Positions 23,395 through 35,197 of a DNA stretch of 64,000 nt are shown piece after piece. The DNA is from Azolla caroliniana (taxonomy: Eukaryota > Plantae > Polypodiophyta), in NCBI GenBank assembly GCA_043228905.1, contig JBHGNT010000020.1, positions 1,054,001 to 1,118,000 on the forward strand, given 5' to 3'. Positions within the stretch are counted from its first letter, which is position 1. Every line of letters starts with the position of its first letter. The translations under genes and the position numbers were made by a program. The notes beneath the pieces are model-generated. The model was not told where the DNA came from. It worked only from the letters and a program-made list of their open reading frames with translations, and did not search any database.

Positions 23395-24810
23395 ATTAAA
23401 TATACTTGGAAGTGGAGGATCTAGAATATCCCACTTAAGTAGAAGGCCCTATTTAAGGTGTTATAGTCAATACTTCTAACTAGATTCTTTCTAAGTAACT
23501 ACGAAGTTACGTGGTTGACTAACTAACTAACTCTGGTTGAGCTTGATCTCACAACACACCCCCTCAAGCTCAAGTGTGAGGTGTCCGACATCCAGTTTTG
23601 CTTTCGGCGTTGCCCAGCTTTCGATGTCGGTTTCTGTGTGATTTTCATAGTCGGCTTCTACATTTGTGGTAGTTTCGGTTCTTTCGGTTCCTAACCCTCA
23701 AGCCTGTGACGAAGGCTTGTGTTGACTACTTCCACCCATCATGGGTCATGAGCCACTTCTGTAGAACTCTCAGGCTCTTGTTCGACTACTACCTTCATCG
23801 CAAAGGCATAATGATGCTCCCTCCATGTGCTCGTTGTAGCCAAGCCGAGTGACGAGATTCTTCTCTCTAGAAGAGCGTCAAAGTTTTTGGCTTGCTGATG
23901 TCAGCGCCTTCTGTACTCCGGGTATCCTATGATGGGTACACCAAACTCACTGTCTAGTGAGCGAGCTAACAGATCCGAGTCACCGGTGTCGGGATGGTCA
24001 ACTTCATATTCGGGCATCTTACCTTTGCCATTGTCCAAGGTCGTACTTGATCGTGACGTGGTTGGATTGCTTGAAGGCTCGAATAGGCTTGTATTGTCCT
24101 TTGGTAGAGGACTTGTCCGAATATCGTCCTCCGAGTCAGGTGGAGCCGAATCGGGCTTATACCAGGATGCCGATTCATCAAAGACTACATCCCGACTTAT
24201 CCGAATTGCTTGGGTCAAGAGGTTGAAGCACTCGTATACCTTCTTCTCAAATGAGTATCCTATGAGGATACATTTCTCCGACTTCACTTTGGGCTTATGT
24301 CGTTGTTTGTTCGGGATGCGTACATTCGCAATGCTTCTGAATACCTTGAGGTGCTAAAGGATTAGCTTCCTTCCAACAAGGAGCTCGTATGCAGTTAGCC
24401 CATGCACTCCATTGGTGGTGCATCGATTCATGAGGTACACGGCCGTCGATGCCACTTCGGCCCAATAGAAGTTCGGCATGTGCTTCTCATGCATCATGGC
24501 GCATGCTACCTCAATTATGTTCCGATTCTTCCTTTCGGCGACTCCATTTTGTTGGGGTGTGTGTCAGCATGAGAATTCTCTCTGGATGCCTTCACTTTGG
24601 AGGTAGGAGGTGAATTCTTCAGAGAAGTGTAACTCCTTTCCTCCATCTGATCGTAAGCATCGAATGTGCCGACCGGTTTCTTTTTCCACTTGGCCCTTGA
24701 GCTTTTGGAAATGGGAGAGCACTTCACTCTTCTTCTTCATCTGAAAGATCCACGTGTAACGGGAATAGTTGCCGATGAAGATGACGTAGTATCGGCATCC
24801 GCCGATCATA
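23395..24810 (-). mobile_element. Truncated Copia fragment (integrase core, internal deletion, PPT, partial LTR)
   Basis: Minus-strand ORFs read YYVIF...CLRSDGGKE and SEKCILIGYS...RDVVFDE. PPT TTGAGGGGGTG is followed by TGTTGTGAGATC starting at 23556. The left boundary is uncertain. Confidence 0.8.
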
Positions 24811-25471
24811 AACTAGTAAAATATATCATGACCAATATTGATATCTTTTATGACCACTCCAAGTTACGTTTGAACCACCGAGCTTATGGTTAACAATACA
24901 CTCTAACCAACTTAGCTACTAAATAAGGTGACAATCTAACTAATGTGATTGATATTGGTAACCAATTAAACCATTGACCTTGTGCTAAACAGCCATATGA
25001 TCAAATCAATTGAACTATTCAAGAAAGGAAACACTACTTCTATTTGTTAAACCTTGAACTTCGATGACATCATTAGTTTATAAGAGCCTAAACAATATGA
25101 TCGTCTTCACAAAAGTGGGCTTGAACCTCAACTGACCCATATGCGCTAACCAATTGAGCTCTTGAAGCAATGTAATGTAATTTACTTGATTGATACTAGT
25201 AACCACCTTGGACCAATAACCTTATGGTTAAGGTCCATACGCCCTAACCAACTGAGCTTCTGAACCAATGTAACACTTTATTTATAGTAGTTACCACCTT
25301 AGACCAGAGACCTTATGGTTTAGGGCTATACGCTCTAACCAACCACGGCCCTTATGTTTAAGGTCCATATGCTCTAACCAATTGAGCTATTGAAGGAATG
25401 TAATGGTAGTTTACTTGATTGATACTTGTAACCACCTTCAACCATTGACCTTATGGTTAATAACTAAAGAC

Positions 25472-25545
25472 TGCTCCAAGGTGGACTTGAAACACCGACC
25501 TTATGGTTAAGGGCCATACGCTCTAACCAACTACGCTATTGAAAC
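25472..25545 (-). pseudogene. Degenerate tRNA-Asn-like copy in the satellite
   Basis: Full-length alignment to the 28805-28878 copy, with an altered anticodon loop (CCCTTAA) and damaged D and T arms. Confidence 0.75.
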
Positions 25546-26288
25546 CGCATAAGATAACTTGCACCAAACGAAACACACATTATTGATAATGATAAGCATC
25601 TTGCACCATTCACCTTATGGTTAACGACTGTTTGGTCAAACCAATTTAACTATTCAAGAAGTGGATGCATAATTATAATTGGTAATCCTTGAACTTAGAT
25701 GACATCAACATTTTATTGGAATCTAAACAAGATGATCATCTTCACAATAGTGCGCTTGAACCTCAACTATATATTCTCATTTACAATCTATAGATGTAAT
25801 CAACCTAATAAAATATATCATGACCAATATTGGTGATTTTTATCACTACTTCAAGTTGCGCTTGAACCACCACGCTTATGGTTAAAAATAAACACCCTAA
25901 CCAACACCTAAACAATATGATCATCTTCACAAAAGTGGGCTTGAACCTCAACTGAGCCATATGCTCTAACCCATTTAGCTATTGAAGAAATGTAATGTAA
26001 TTTACTTGATTGATACTTGTAACCACCTTGGACCAATAACCTTATGGTTAAGGGCAATACGCCCTAACCAACTGAGCTACTAAACCAATGTAACACTTGA
26101 TTGATAGTAGTAACCACCTTAGACTAGATGTAAGACCTTATGGTTAAGGGCTATATGCCACGGACCTTATGTTTAATATCCATATGCTCTAACCAATTGA
26201 GGTATTGAAGGAATGTAACGGTAGTTTACTTCACTAATACTTGTAACCACCGTTGACAATTGCGTTATGGTTAACAACTAATAAGTAC

Positions 26289-26362
26289 CGCTCCAAGTTG
26301 GGCTTGAACCACCAACCTTATGGTTAATAACCATACGCTCTAACCAACTGATCTATTGAAGT
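26289..26362 (-). pseudogene. Degenerate tRNA-Asn-like copy in the satellite
   Basis: Full-length alignment to the 28805-28878 copy; anticodon loop TTATTAA; several stem mismatches. Confidence 0.75.
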
Positions 26363-26534
26363 TACATAACATAAATTGAATCAAACAAAACACACATTAT
26401 TGATACTGATAAGCATCTTGCACCATTTACCTTATGGTTAACGGTTATTCGGTCAAACCCATTTAACTATTCAAGAAGGGGATACGTAATTGTAATTCGT
26501 AATCCTTGAACTTAGATGACATAAAAAATTAGAC

Positions 26535-28010
26535 TCAAGATCCGAGTGCTGAAAAAGGCTTTGAGCAAATAGTTCTCAATGAATGATATGGATCCGGCAA
26601 AGCAAATCCTGGGGATGCACAATTTTCGGGATGCACATTATTGTGTTTGTCACAAGAAAAATACTTGACAAAGGTGCTCCAAAGATTTGGCATGGAAGGT
26701 GCGAAATCGGTCGGCTTGACACTGCCGACGAATTGCAAGCTAAGCAAAGAAAAATGTCTGAAATCGAAAACCAAGAAGGCCGAGATGTCAAAGCTTCCTT
26801 ATGCCTTAGCAGTCGGAAGCTTCATGTACGCGATGGTATGTACCAGGCCAAACATAGGATATGCAGTCGGTGTGGTTAGCCGATACATCAGCAAACCTGG
26901 AAGAGAGCATTGGGTTGCCATCAAGTGGATATGGTGGTACCAAAAAGCGACCTCAAACATATGTCTTCATTTCGGTTCAGGTAACCCCACACTAGAAGTT
27001 TATACTGACTCAGACATGTCGGGTGATGTGGATACCAGCCAATCCACGTCTGAGTACGTAATGACTTATGCAGGGGGAGCCGTTTCGTGGCAGTCGAGGT
27101 TGTAGTAGGTCGTGGCGCTGTCAACCACGGAAGCCGAATATATGGCCACAGCGGAAGTCGGCAAGGAGATCATATGGATGAAGGAGTTTATCGGTGAACT
27201 AGGAATGCGGCAGGAGGAATTCGAACTACATTGCGATAACCAGAGTGCCATCCACCTTACGAAAAATGCCGCCTATCACTCGAAGACCAAACACATCCAC
27301 AGAAGATATCATTGGCTCCGAGAGCAAGTAGAAGAAAAGGAGTTTGCTCTAGTGAATATCCACATGGCCGAAAATGGATCGGATATGCTGACAAAGGTGT
27401 TGTCAGCCAAAAAGCTAAACGCGTGCCGACAGAGAGTTAGTTTGATGAAGTACCCCATGCCGGAGTGAAGGGGGAGTTTGTTGGGAAACATGTCCCTCCG
27501 GATGGGAAGAGAAGGAGCGCGTTGGTGACTATCTCGGTTGAGGCCAAAACCGAAACCGAAACTGAAATCGTAATCTGAAACCGTAATCGAAATCGTAATC
27601 GAAAACCGAAATTGTTTCGGAAGACTATAATTGTAAATAGTCTAAATTGCCCTTGTGGGTTATACTTGTAAACAACTAGAAAGTTGTTTTTGTTTATAAG
27701 CAACTAGGGAAAATTTTACTATGAAGGTAGTTGATAATTATTGAAAAGTTAGAACGACGTAGTTCCCGCTGTAACAATGAGCGTGAGAGAGTGAAAGTGT
27801 AACTCTGTAGCCGTCTGTCACACAAAGGAGAACTCGAGGTTGTTGCCTCAAAGTTCCGTATTTGTACTTCCTCTCTACTACACTGAGTTGTTTTCTTGGG
27901 GTTTGTGGACCCCCGTGGTTTTTCCCATTTCGGGTTTTCCACGTAAAATATTAGTGGCTCTGTGTTTGCACGTTTTTCTGAAACCAGTTGTGGCCGGTTG
28001 ATTTCTAACA
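26535..28010 (+). mobile_element. Element E: 5'-truncated Copia (RT C-terminus, RNase H, PPT, 3' LTR 27479-28010)
   Basis: Peptides LSQEKY...YAMVCTRP..., ALSTTEAEY and CDNQSAIHL, closely similar to element D. PPT GAAGGGGGAG followed by TGTTGGGAAAC...TCTAACA. Confidence 0.92.
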
Positions 28011-28804
28011 ATTGGTAATCCTTGAACATAGATGACATCAAAAAATTTATCGGATCCTAAACAAGATTATCATCTACATAGTAGTGCGCTTGAACCTCAA
28101 CTATATATACTCATTTTCAATATATAGATGTAATCAAACTAATAACATATATCATGACCAATATTGGTGATTTTTATCACCACTCCAAGTTGCGCTTGAA
28201 CCACCAAGCTTATGGTTAACAACCATACACACTAACCAAGTGAGCTAGTAAAGAAATGTGACACTCAAAATTAACATGATTAATATTGGTAAACAATTGA
28301 ACCATTGACCTTCTGCTAAACAACCATATGATCAAACCAATTCAATTATTCAAGAATAGGAACCCTACTTCTAATTGTTAAACCTTGAGTTTTGATGACA
28401 TCATTAGTTTATACGATCCTAAACAATATGATCATCTTCACAAAAGTGGGCTTGAACCTCAACTGAGCCATACGCTCTAACCCACTGATCTACTGAAGAA
28501 ATGTAATGTAATTTACTTGATTGATACTGGTAACCACCTTGGACCAATAACCTTATGGTTAAGGGCCATATGCCCTAACTAACTGAGCTATTGAACCAAA
28601 GTGTTAACACTTGATTGATAGTAGTAACCACCTTAGACCAGAGACCTTATGGTTAAGGGCTATACCCTCTAACCAACCATGGACCTTATATTTAAGGTCT
28701 ATATGCTCTAACCAAATGAGCTATTGAAGGAATGTAAAGGTAGTTTACTTGATTGATACTTGTAACCACCTTTGACCATCGCCTTATGGTTAACAACTAA
28801 TAAC

Positions 28805-28878
28805 CGCTCCAAGGTGGGCTTGAACCACCGACCTTATGATTAACAGCCATACGCTCTAACCAACTGAGCTATTGAAGC
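28805..28878 (-). tRNA. tRNA-Asn (GTT), best-preserved copy in the satellite; structurally complete, function uncertain
   Basis: Minus strand reads GCTTCAATAGCTCAGTTGGTTAGAGCGTATGGCTGTTAATCATAAGGTCGGTGGTTCAAGCCCACCTTGGAGCG. Acceptor GCTTCAA/TTGGAGC, D stem GCTC/GAGC, anticodon stem TATGG/TCATA with loop CTGTTAA, T stem GGTGG/CCACC. Confidence 0.72.
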
Positions 28879-29785
28879 AACATATCATAATTTGACTAAA
28901 CGTAAACACACATTATTAATTTTGATAAGGATATTGTACAGTTCACCTTATGGTTAACGATTATTTGGTCAAACTAATTTAGCTATTCAAAAAGGGGATA
29001 CGTAATTGTAATTCGTAATCCGTGAACTTAAATGACATCAAAAGTAGTGCACTTGAACCCCAACTATATATTCTCAATTTCAATCTAAAGATGTAATCAA
29101 ACTGATAAAATATATCATGACCAATCTTGGTGATTTTTATCACCACTCCAAGTTGCGCTTGAAACACCAAGCTTATGGTTAACAACCTTATGCTCTAACA
29201 AACTGAGATACTAAAGAAATGTGACACTCTAACTAACGTGATTGATATTGGTAACCAATTGAACCATTGACTTTGTGCTTAACAACCATATGATCAAACC
29301 AATTGAAATATTCAAGAATGGGAACCCTACTTCTAATTACTAAACCTTGAGTTTCGATGACATCATTAGTTTATAGGATCCTAAACAATATGACCGTCTT
29401 CACAAAAGTGGGCTTGAACATCAAGTGTTCAAGCTACTGAGGTAATGTAGTGTAATTTATTTGATTGATACTGGTAACCATCTTCGACCATTGACCTTAC
29501 CGTTGACAACAAATGACCGTTCCAATGTGTTCTTGAACCAACGACCTTATGGTTAACAACCTTATGCTCTAACCAACAAAGGTATTGAAGCAACACAACA
29601 TAACATGAACCAAATGTAAACACATATTATTGACACTGAGGGCCATACAATCTAACCAACCACCGACCTTATGTTTAAGGTCCATATGCTCTAACCAAGT
29701 GAGCTATTGAAGTAATGGAACGGTAGTTTACTTGATCGATACTTGTAACCATCTTCCACAATTGACCTTATTGTTAACAACTAAT

Positions 29786-32700
29786 TGTCGAGAATCAACG
29801 CTTCGATTCACCTTCTTCTCTCGGCCACAACCGAGTAATCGCGGATCAATGCAGCAGAAAATAGGAACCAAAGAGAAACAGACGCGAACACAGGGATTTA
29901 CGTGGAAAACCCTAGATGGGAAAAACCACGGGAGTACAAGACTCCAAACAACACTATACAAAGAGAAGTATATAATGACGAGCTCCAAGGCGACGACCTT
30001 GAGCTCGCTGTCCTCGCCACAGGCGGCGGAAATACACAGAGGCGTCGTCCTCTTCCTCTCTCGCGCTCTATCTCTCTCTCTCTCTCACGGCTGCTTGCAC
30101 TTCACTCCTCTTGAGTGGAAAAACAGAAAAATAAGAAGCAACTCTAAAACTATTTGCCCTAAGTCATATTTATACTTATATGACTTTGGGCTATTTACAA
30201 CTGTAGCCTCAGGGGCCCATAGCGAACATATTCACGGATATGTCCCTGCGTCCGGATCTCTTCTTCGGGTACATTCGCCATCCGACTCTGAAGTCGGGGT
30301 CTTCATCATCCGGATCCGAAACCGAAACCGGGCTCGTCGGCATTCATCTTCGACATCCGACCATCCCATACGAAGGGACCGAAATCCCAACAAACTCCCC
30401 CTTCACTTCGGCATGGGATGTCTCTCCAATCCGATCCTCTTCCGACATGCTTCCAGCTTGTCGGGTGTGAGCACCTTGGTCAGCATATCCGACCCGTTCT
30501 CGTCCGTGTGGATCTTCGTCAGCACGAACTCCTTGTCTTCTATCCTTTCCCGGATCCAGTGATATCTTCGCTGGATGTGCTTAGTCCGGGAGTGATAGGC
30601 CGCGTTCTTCGCAAGGTGGATTGCACTCTGACTATCGCAGTAGAGTCGGTACTCCTCCTGTTGGATACCGAGCTCTCTAATGAAGTCCTTCATCCATATT
30701 ATTTCCTTGCCGGCTTCAACAGCTGCCATGTACTCCGCCTCCGTGGTTGACAACGCAACCGTCTTCTGCAGCCTCGACTGCCATGAAACAGCTCCCCCTG
30801 CATACGTCATCACATACCCTGATGTGGACCGGCTGGTATCTGCATCAGCCGACATATCCGAATCGGTGAAACCGTCGAGTTCGGGTTTACCGGAGCCGAA
30901 TCGGAGGCACACATTCGTTGTGCCCTTCAGGTATCGGAGTATCCACTTGACCGCGTTCCAATGCTCTTTGCCGGGATTGCTCATGTGCCGGCTCACCACT
31001 CCGACTGCATATCCGATGTCCGGTCTCGTACACACCATGGCGTACATCAAGCTCCCGACGGCTGAGGCATACGGTACTTTCATCATATCCTCCTTTTCAG
31101 CCTTTGTCTTGGGACTTTGCTTGCTGGACAGCTTGCAGTTTGCCGGGAGGGTCGATCCGGCCGGTCTTGCTTCCGACATGTTGAACCGGTGAAGCACCTT
31201 CGTCACGTACTTCTCCTGTGACAGCCACAACTGCTTCTTCTTCCGGTCCCGGATGATGTGCATCCCTAGTATTTGCCTCGCCGGACCCAGGTCCTTCATT
31301 GAGAAGGTTCGGTGAAGAGCCTTCTTCAGCATCCGTATCTTGACCTGGTCCCGTCCGACGATCAACATGTCGTCCACGTACAGGAGGAGTATTAGAAAGT
31401 CTCCTCCTTCGAACTTCTTCACAAACACGCAGTGGTCGGACTGCGTTTTGAGGTACCCTTCGTCGGTCATGAAGGAGTCGAACTTCCGGTACCATTGTCG
31501 GGGAGCCTGCTTCAGTCCGTAAAGGCTCTTTTTCAACCGACATACCAGGTGCTCCTTCCCTTTCTTCTCGAATCCCTCCGGTTGCTGCATGTAGATCTCT
31601 TCTTCGAGGTCACCGTGAAGGAATGCCGTCTTCACGTCCATCTGTTCTACCTCGAGGTCCATACTTGCCGCTATGCTCAGCACCGTCCGGATGGAGGTCA
31701 TCTTTACTACCGGGGCAAATATTTCGTCGAAGTCGACGCCCTTCTTCTGCTGGAACCCCTTCACCACGATCCTGGCTTTGTATCTCGGGGGGTTTCCGGC
31801 ATCTCCCGGTTTCAGCTTGAACACCCACTTGTTACGGAGTGCCCGTTTTCCTTTCGGCAGCTCCACAAGTTCATATGTGTGGTTCTCATGCAGGGAATCC
31901 ATCTCGTCCTGCATGGCACTCAACCACCTGCGGCTCTGGGTGTCATGCTTTGCTTCTTCAAAGCTCTCCGGCTCCCCTTCGTCGCTTAGCAGCACGTGCT
32001 CTGGTTCCGGAAATCTCCGGGGGGCCCTTCTCTCTCTTAGAGGATATCTCCGTTCCGGAGCTTCGGTAACCGGTTCTTCTGATTCTTCTTCTTCATCCGA
32101 ATCCATTTCGGGATCGGGAACGGTTCCGGTATCATTTTCATCTTCCTCGGCCGGTTCTCTTTCTTCACCGTCTTCGGCCGGATCCTCGAGTGCTAACCGG
32201 TCCCTTGCCGGTCGGGACTGCTCCTCGTAGAGTTTATCCTCACCGGTCGACTTGGAGCTCTTCATCTTCTTCTCCGACTCCAAGTCGGCGAGTGTCTTGT
32301 CCTCCATGAAGATGATGTCTCGACTCCTGAATATCTTCTTGTCGACCGGGTCCCATACTCGGTAGCCGAACTCGTCGTCGCCGTAACCGAGGAATATGCA
32401 TGGCCGGGTCTTTGGATCTAGCTTCCCTCTCCGGTCCTTTGCCACATGCACGTATGCGAGACACCCGAACACCTTCAGATGCCGGTAGGATACTTCCCTA
32501 CCGGTCCACACTCTCTGCGGCGTGTCTCCGTCCAAAGGTACTGAGGGTGATCTGTTTATCACATATGTCGCCGTCGACATTGCCTCAGCCCAAAATCCCT
32601 TGGGTAATTTCGCATGCGCCAGCATACTCCGGACCCTCTCCATTATGGTCCGGTTCATCCTCTCGGCCAGCCCGTTCAGTTCCGGCGTCTTCGGCACAGT

Positions 32701-35115
32701 AAACTCGAGCCGGATTCCCTTCGAGCGACAGTACTCCTGGAACTGCCCCCGGTATTCCCCTCCGTTATCCGCTCGTATCGCTTTCAGCTTCTTGCCGGAT
32801 TCCCTTTCCACTCTCGCGTGGAGATCTTTGAAGACGCACAACACTTGGTCCTTTGTCTTCATCGGTGCCGTCCACAGTTTTCGGCTATGATCATCGATGA
32901 ATGTTACGAAGTACTGGGCTCCGCCATGTGACTTCGTTTCTACCTGACACACATCAGTGTGCACCAACTCCAATGGTGCGCTACGTCTCGTCGGTGGCCT
33001 TGACTGGAAGGAGGTCCGGTTTTGCTTACCGGCCAGGCAGTCGGTGCACCTCTCCAGGTGCACATGCTTCACTGGAATAAGATTGTCTTCTGCAAGCCTC
33101 TTCATCCCCTTCTCACTCATATGGCACAGTCTCTTGTGCCACAGCTCACCGGCAGTGTCGGCTGCCACATTCAGCTCTTCCGGACATAACCGGGCATTCA
33201 TCAGGTACAGTGTGTTGTCTTTCCGGGCCCGAGCCACTATCAGGCTCCCCTTGCTGAACTTCATTACGCCGTTCTGGATGCTACCCGTGTAGCCTTCGTC
33301 ATCTAGCCTCCCGGCCGAAATCAGGTTCAGTCGGACCTCCGGAACGTGTCGGACATTCTTCAACAGCATTTTGCATCCGGTCGGGGTTGTCAGCCACACA
33401 TCTCCTATGCCGGCAATCCGGCACGTACCTTCGTTTCCCATCCGAACACAGCCATGCTCACCGGCTGTGTAGGATGAGAAGTATCTTCTCTCCGGGGTCA
33501 GGTGGAACGATGCTCCGGAATCGACCACCCAGGTCGTCTCATCGTCGGCAATGTTTAGCTCACCTTCTTCGGTGATGAGCATGATTTCTTCTTCACTTGC
33601 CGCGAGTGCCATCGTTCCTTTCCGGTCCTGCCCTCGCCGATCCGAACCTCTCCGGTCCGTGGCTCCCCGGTATGCACCGTTTCTCTCCGGTGACTTCTTC
33701 GAATCGGTGTCGTCGGCTCCGTTGTCTTTTCGGTAATGCCGACAATTCTTTCGGAAGTGCCCCGGCTTCCCACAGTGGAAGCATGTGGGCCTTCCTCTTG
33801 ACTGCGACCGGGTCCCCGACTTCTCCCGTCTTTGCGGACTCCGGTTCCATTGTCTTCCCCGATCCGATTCGGTAAACAACATCTTCGGGTCGGAGGTCGG
33901 TTCCTTATCTCTCCGACGCGCTTCTTCATTCAAAATACTTGTCTTTACCGTTTGTAAGGACAAGTTATCTTCGGTGCAGGAGGTGCTGAGAGTCACCACC
34001 AAGTTCTCCCAGCTTTCTGGCAATGTACACATCAGGATGATGGCTTGCATTGCATCCTCCAACGGGAACTTGATCGCCGCAAGCTGGTTCACGAATCCCA
34101 TGAACGTGCTTACGTGTTCCACCATACTCTCGCCGTCCCGGTACTTGAGATTCACAATCTTCCTCATCAGGGAGGTCCGGTTCAATGCATTCTTCCTCTC
34201 GTAGAGGCCCGACAACTTCCGCCACATGTCATATGCGTTGGTGTCGTTCGCCACATGTTGTAGGACGCTTACATCGACATATTGTCGGATCGTCGCTACG
34301 GCTTTCCGGTTCAGGAGCTTCCACTCCGACTCAAGTACCCCCTTCGGTATTTCCGACCTGTCAATCGGTTCGTACAGGTCCCGAACGATCAGAAGATCCT
34401 CCATCTTGATCTTCCAGTCGGCGTAATTCTGTGCATTCAGCACCATCATCATCGGCTGCCCACTGCCGCCGCCTTCCATTTTCTGCAACAGTCGCTCTGA
34501 TACCAGTTTGTCGAGAATCAACGCTTCGATTCACCTTCTTCTCTCGGCCACAACCGAGTAATCGCGGATCAATGCAGCAGAAAATAGGAACCAAAGAGAA
34601 ACAGACGCGAACACAGGGATTTACGTGGAAAACCCTAGATGGGAAAAACCACGGGAGTACAAGACTCCAAACAACACTATACAAAGAGAAGTATATAATG
34701 ACGAGCTCCAAGGCGACGACCTTGAGCTCGCTGTCCTCGCCACAGGCGGCGGAAATACACAGAGGCGTCGTCCTCTTCCTCTCTCGCGCTCTATCTCTCT
34801 CTCTCTCTCACGGCTGCTTGCACTTCACTCCTCTTGAGTGGAAAAACAGAAAAATAAGAAGCAACTCTAAAACTATTTGCCCTAAGTCATATTTATACTT
34901 ATATGACTTTGGGCTATTTACAACTGTAGCCTCAGGGGCCCATAGCGAACATATTCACGGATATGTCCCTGCGTCCGGATCTCTTCTTCGGGTACATTCG
35001 CCATCCGACTCTGAAGTCGGGGTCTTCATCATCCGGATCCGAAACCGAAACCGGGCTCGTCGGCATTCATCTTCGACATCCGACCATCCCATACGAAGGG
35101 ACCGAAATCCCAACA
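29786..35115 (-). mobile_element. Element D: intact, very young Ty1/Copia LTR retrotransposon (Tnt1/Tto1-like)
   Basis: 607-bp LTRs at 29786-30392 and 34509-35115 with no difference seen. TSD CTAAT at 29781-29785 and 35116-35120. tRNA-iMet PBS TGGTATCAGAGC at 34505-34494. PPT GAAGGGGGAG. Single uninterrupted ORF. Confidence 0.98.
30403..34479 (-). CDS. gag-pol: Copia Gag-Pol polyprotein (~1358 aa from the first ATG after the PBS)
   Basis: Knuckle CFHCGKPGHFRKNC; protease WVVDSGAS; integrase HKRLCH..CTDC, D..DNGGE..E; RT YVDD; RNase H TDSD and CDSQSAI. No stops. Confidence 0.97.
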   Translation of the reverse strand: MEGGGSGQPMMMVLNAQNYADWKIKMEDLLIVRDLYEPIDRSEIPKGVLESEWKLLNRKAVATIRQYVDVSVLQHVANDTNAYDMWRKLSGLYERKNALNRTSLMRKIVNLKYRDGESMVEHVSTFMGFVNQLAAIKFPLEDAMQAIILMCTLPESWENLVVTLSTSCTEDNLSLQTVKTSILNEEARRRDKEPTSDPKMLFTESDRGRQWNRSPQRREKSGTRSQSRGRPTCFHCGKPGHFRKNCRHYRKDNGADDTDSKKSPERNGAYRGATDRRGSDRRGQDRKGTMALAASEEEIMLITEEGELNIADDETTWVVDSGASFHLTPERRYFSSYTAGEHGCVRMGNEGTCRIAGIGDVWLTTPTGCKMLLKNVRHVPEVRLNLISAGRLDDEGYTGSIQNGVMKFSKGSLIVARARKDNTLYLMNARLCPEELNVAADTAGELWHKRLCHMSEKGMKRLAEDNLIPVKHVHLERCTDCLAGKQNRTSFQSRPPTRRSAPLELVHTDVCQVETKSHGGAQYFVTFIDDHSRKLWTAPMKTKDQVLCVFKDLHARVERESGKKLKAIRADNGGEYRGQFQEYCRSKGIRLEFTVPKTPELNGLAERMNRTIMERVRSMLAHAKLPKGFWAEAMSTATYVINRSPSVPLDGDTPQRVWTGREVSYRHLKVFGCLAYVHVAKDRRGKLDPKTRPCIFLGYGDDEFGYRVWDPVDKKIFRSRDIIFMEDKTLADLESEKKMKSSKSTGEDKLYEEQSRPARDRLALEDPAEDGEEREPAEEDENDTGTVPDPEMDSDEEEESEEPVTEAPERRYPLRERRAPRRFPEPEHVLLSDEGEPESFEEAKHDTQSRRWLSAMQDEMDSLHENHTYELVELPKGKRALRNKWVFKLKPGDAGNPPRYKARIVVKGFQQKKGVDFDEIFAPVVKMTSIRTVLSIAASMDLEVEQMDVKTAFLHGDLEEEIYMQQPEGFEKKGKEHLVCRLKKSLYGLKQAPRQWYRKFDSFMTDEGYLKTQSDHCVFVKKFEGGDFLILLLYVDDMLIVGRDQVKIRMLKKALHRTFSMKDLGPARQILGMHIIRDRKKKQLWLSQEKYVTKVLHRFNMSEARPAGSTLPANCKLSSKQSPKTKAEKEDMMKVPYASAVGSLMYAMVCTRPDIGYAVGVVSRHMSNPGKEHWNAVKWILRYLKGTTNVCLRFGSGKPELDGFTDSDMSADADTSRSTSGYVMTYAGGAVSWQSRLQKTVALSTTEAEYMAAVEAGKEIIWMKDFIRELGIQQEEYRLYCDSQSAIHLAKNAAYHSRTKHIQRRYHWIRERIEDKEFVLTKIHTDENGSDMLTKVLTPDKLEACRKRIGLERHPMPK

Positions 35116-35123
35116 CTAATGAC

Positions 35124-35197
35124 CGCTCTAAGTGGGGCTTGAACCACCGACCTTATGGTTAATAGCCATACACTCCAACCAACTGAGCTTTTGAAGC
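35124..35197 (-). pseudogene. Degenerate tRNA-Asn-like copy next to the element D insertion
   Basis: Full-length alignment to the 28805-28878 copy; anticodon loop CTATTAA. Confidence 0.75.

Noticed and set aside
25472-25545. tRNA-Lys(CTT) suggested by the anticodon loop of this copy
   Set aside because: The body matches the tRNA-Asn copies and has damaged D and T arms; it is a mutated satellite copy, not a distinct tRNA gene.
24810-29785. CRISPR-like appearance: a short motif (CCTTATGGTTAA...) recurring with variable intervening sequence
   Set aside because: The intervening sequences themselves repeat with ~1-kb period, the motif is part of tRNA-Asn, there are no cas genes, and the context is eukaryotic.
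29732-30562. 276-aa ORF and its 243-aa twin at 34431-35162
   Set aside because: Both read through the LTR on the antisense strand; their identity only reflects LTR duplication.
30418-34500. Many plus-strand and alternate-frame ORFs over element D
   Set aside because: They are shadow ORFs of a GC-rich intact gag-pol and show no independent motifs.
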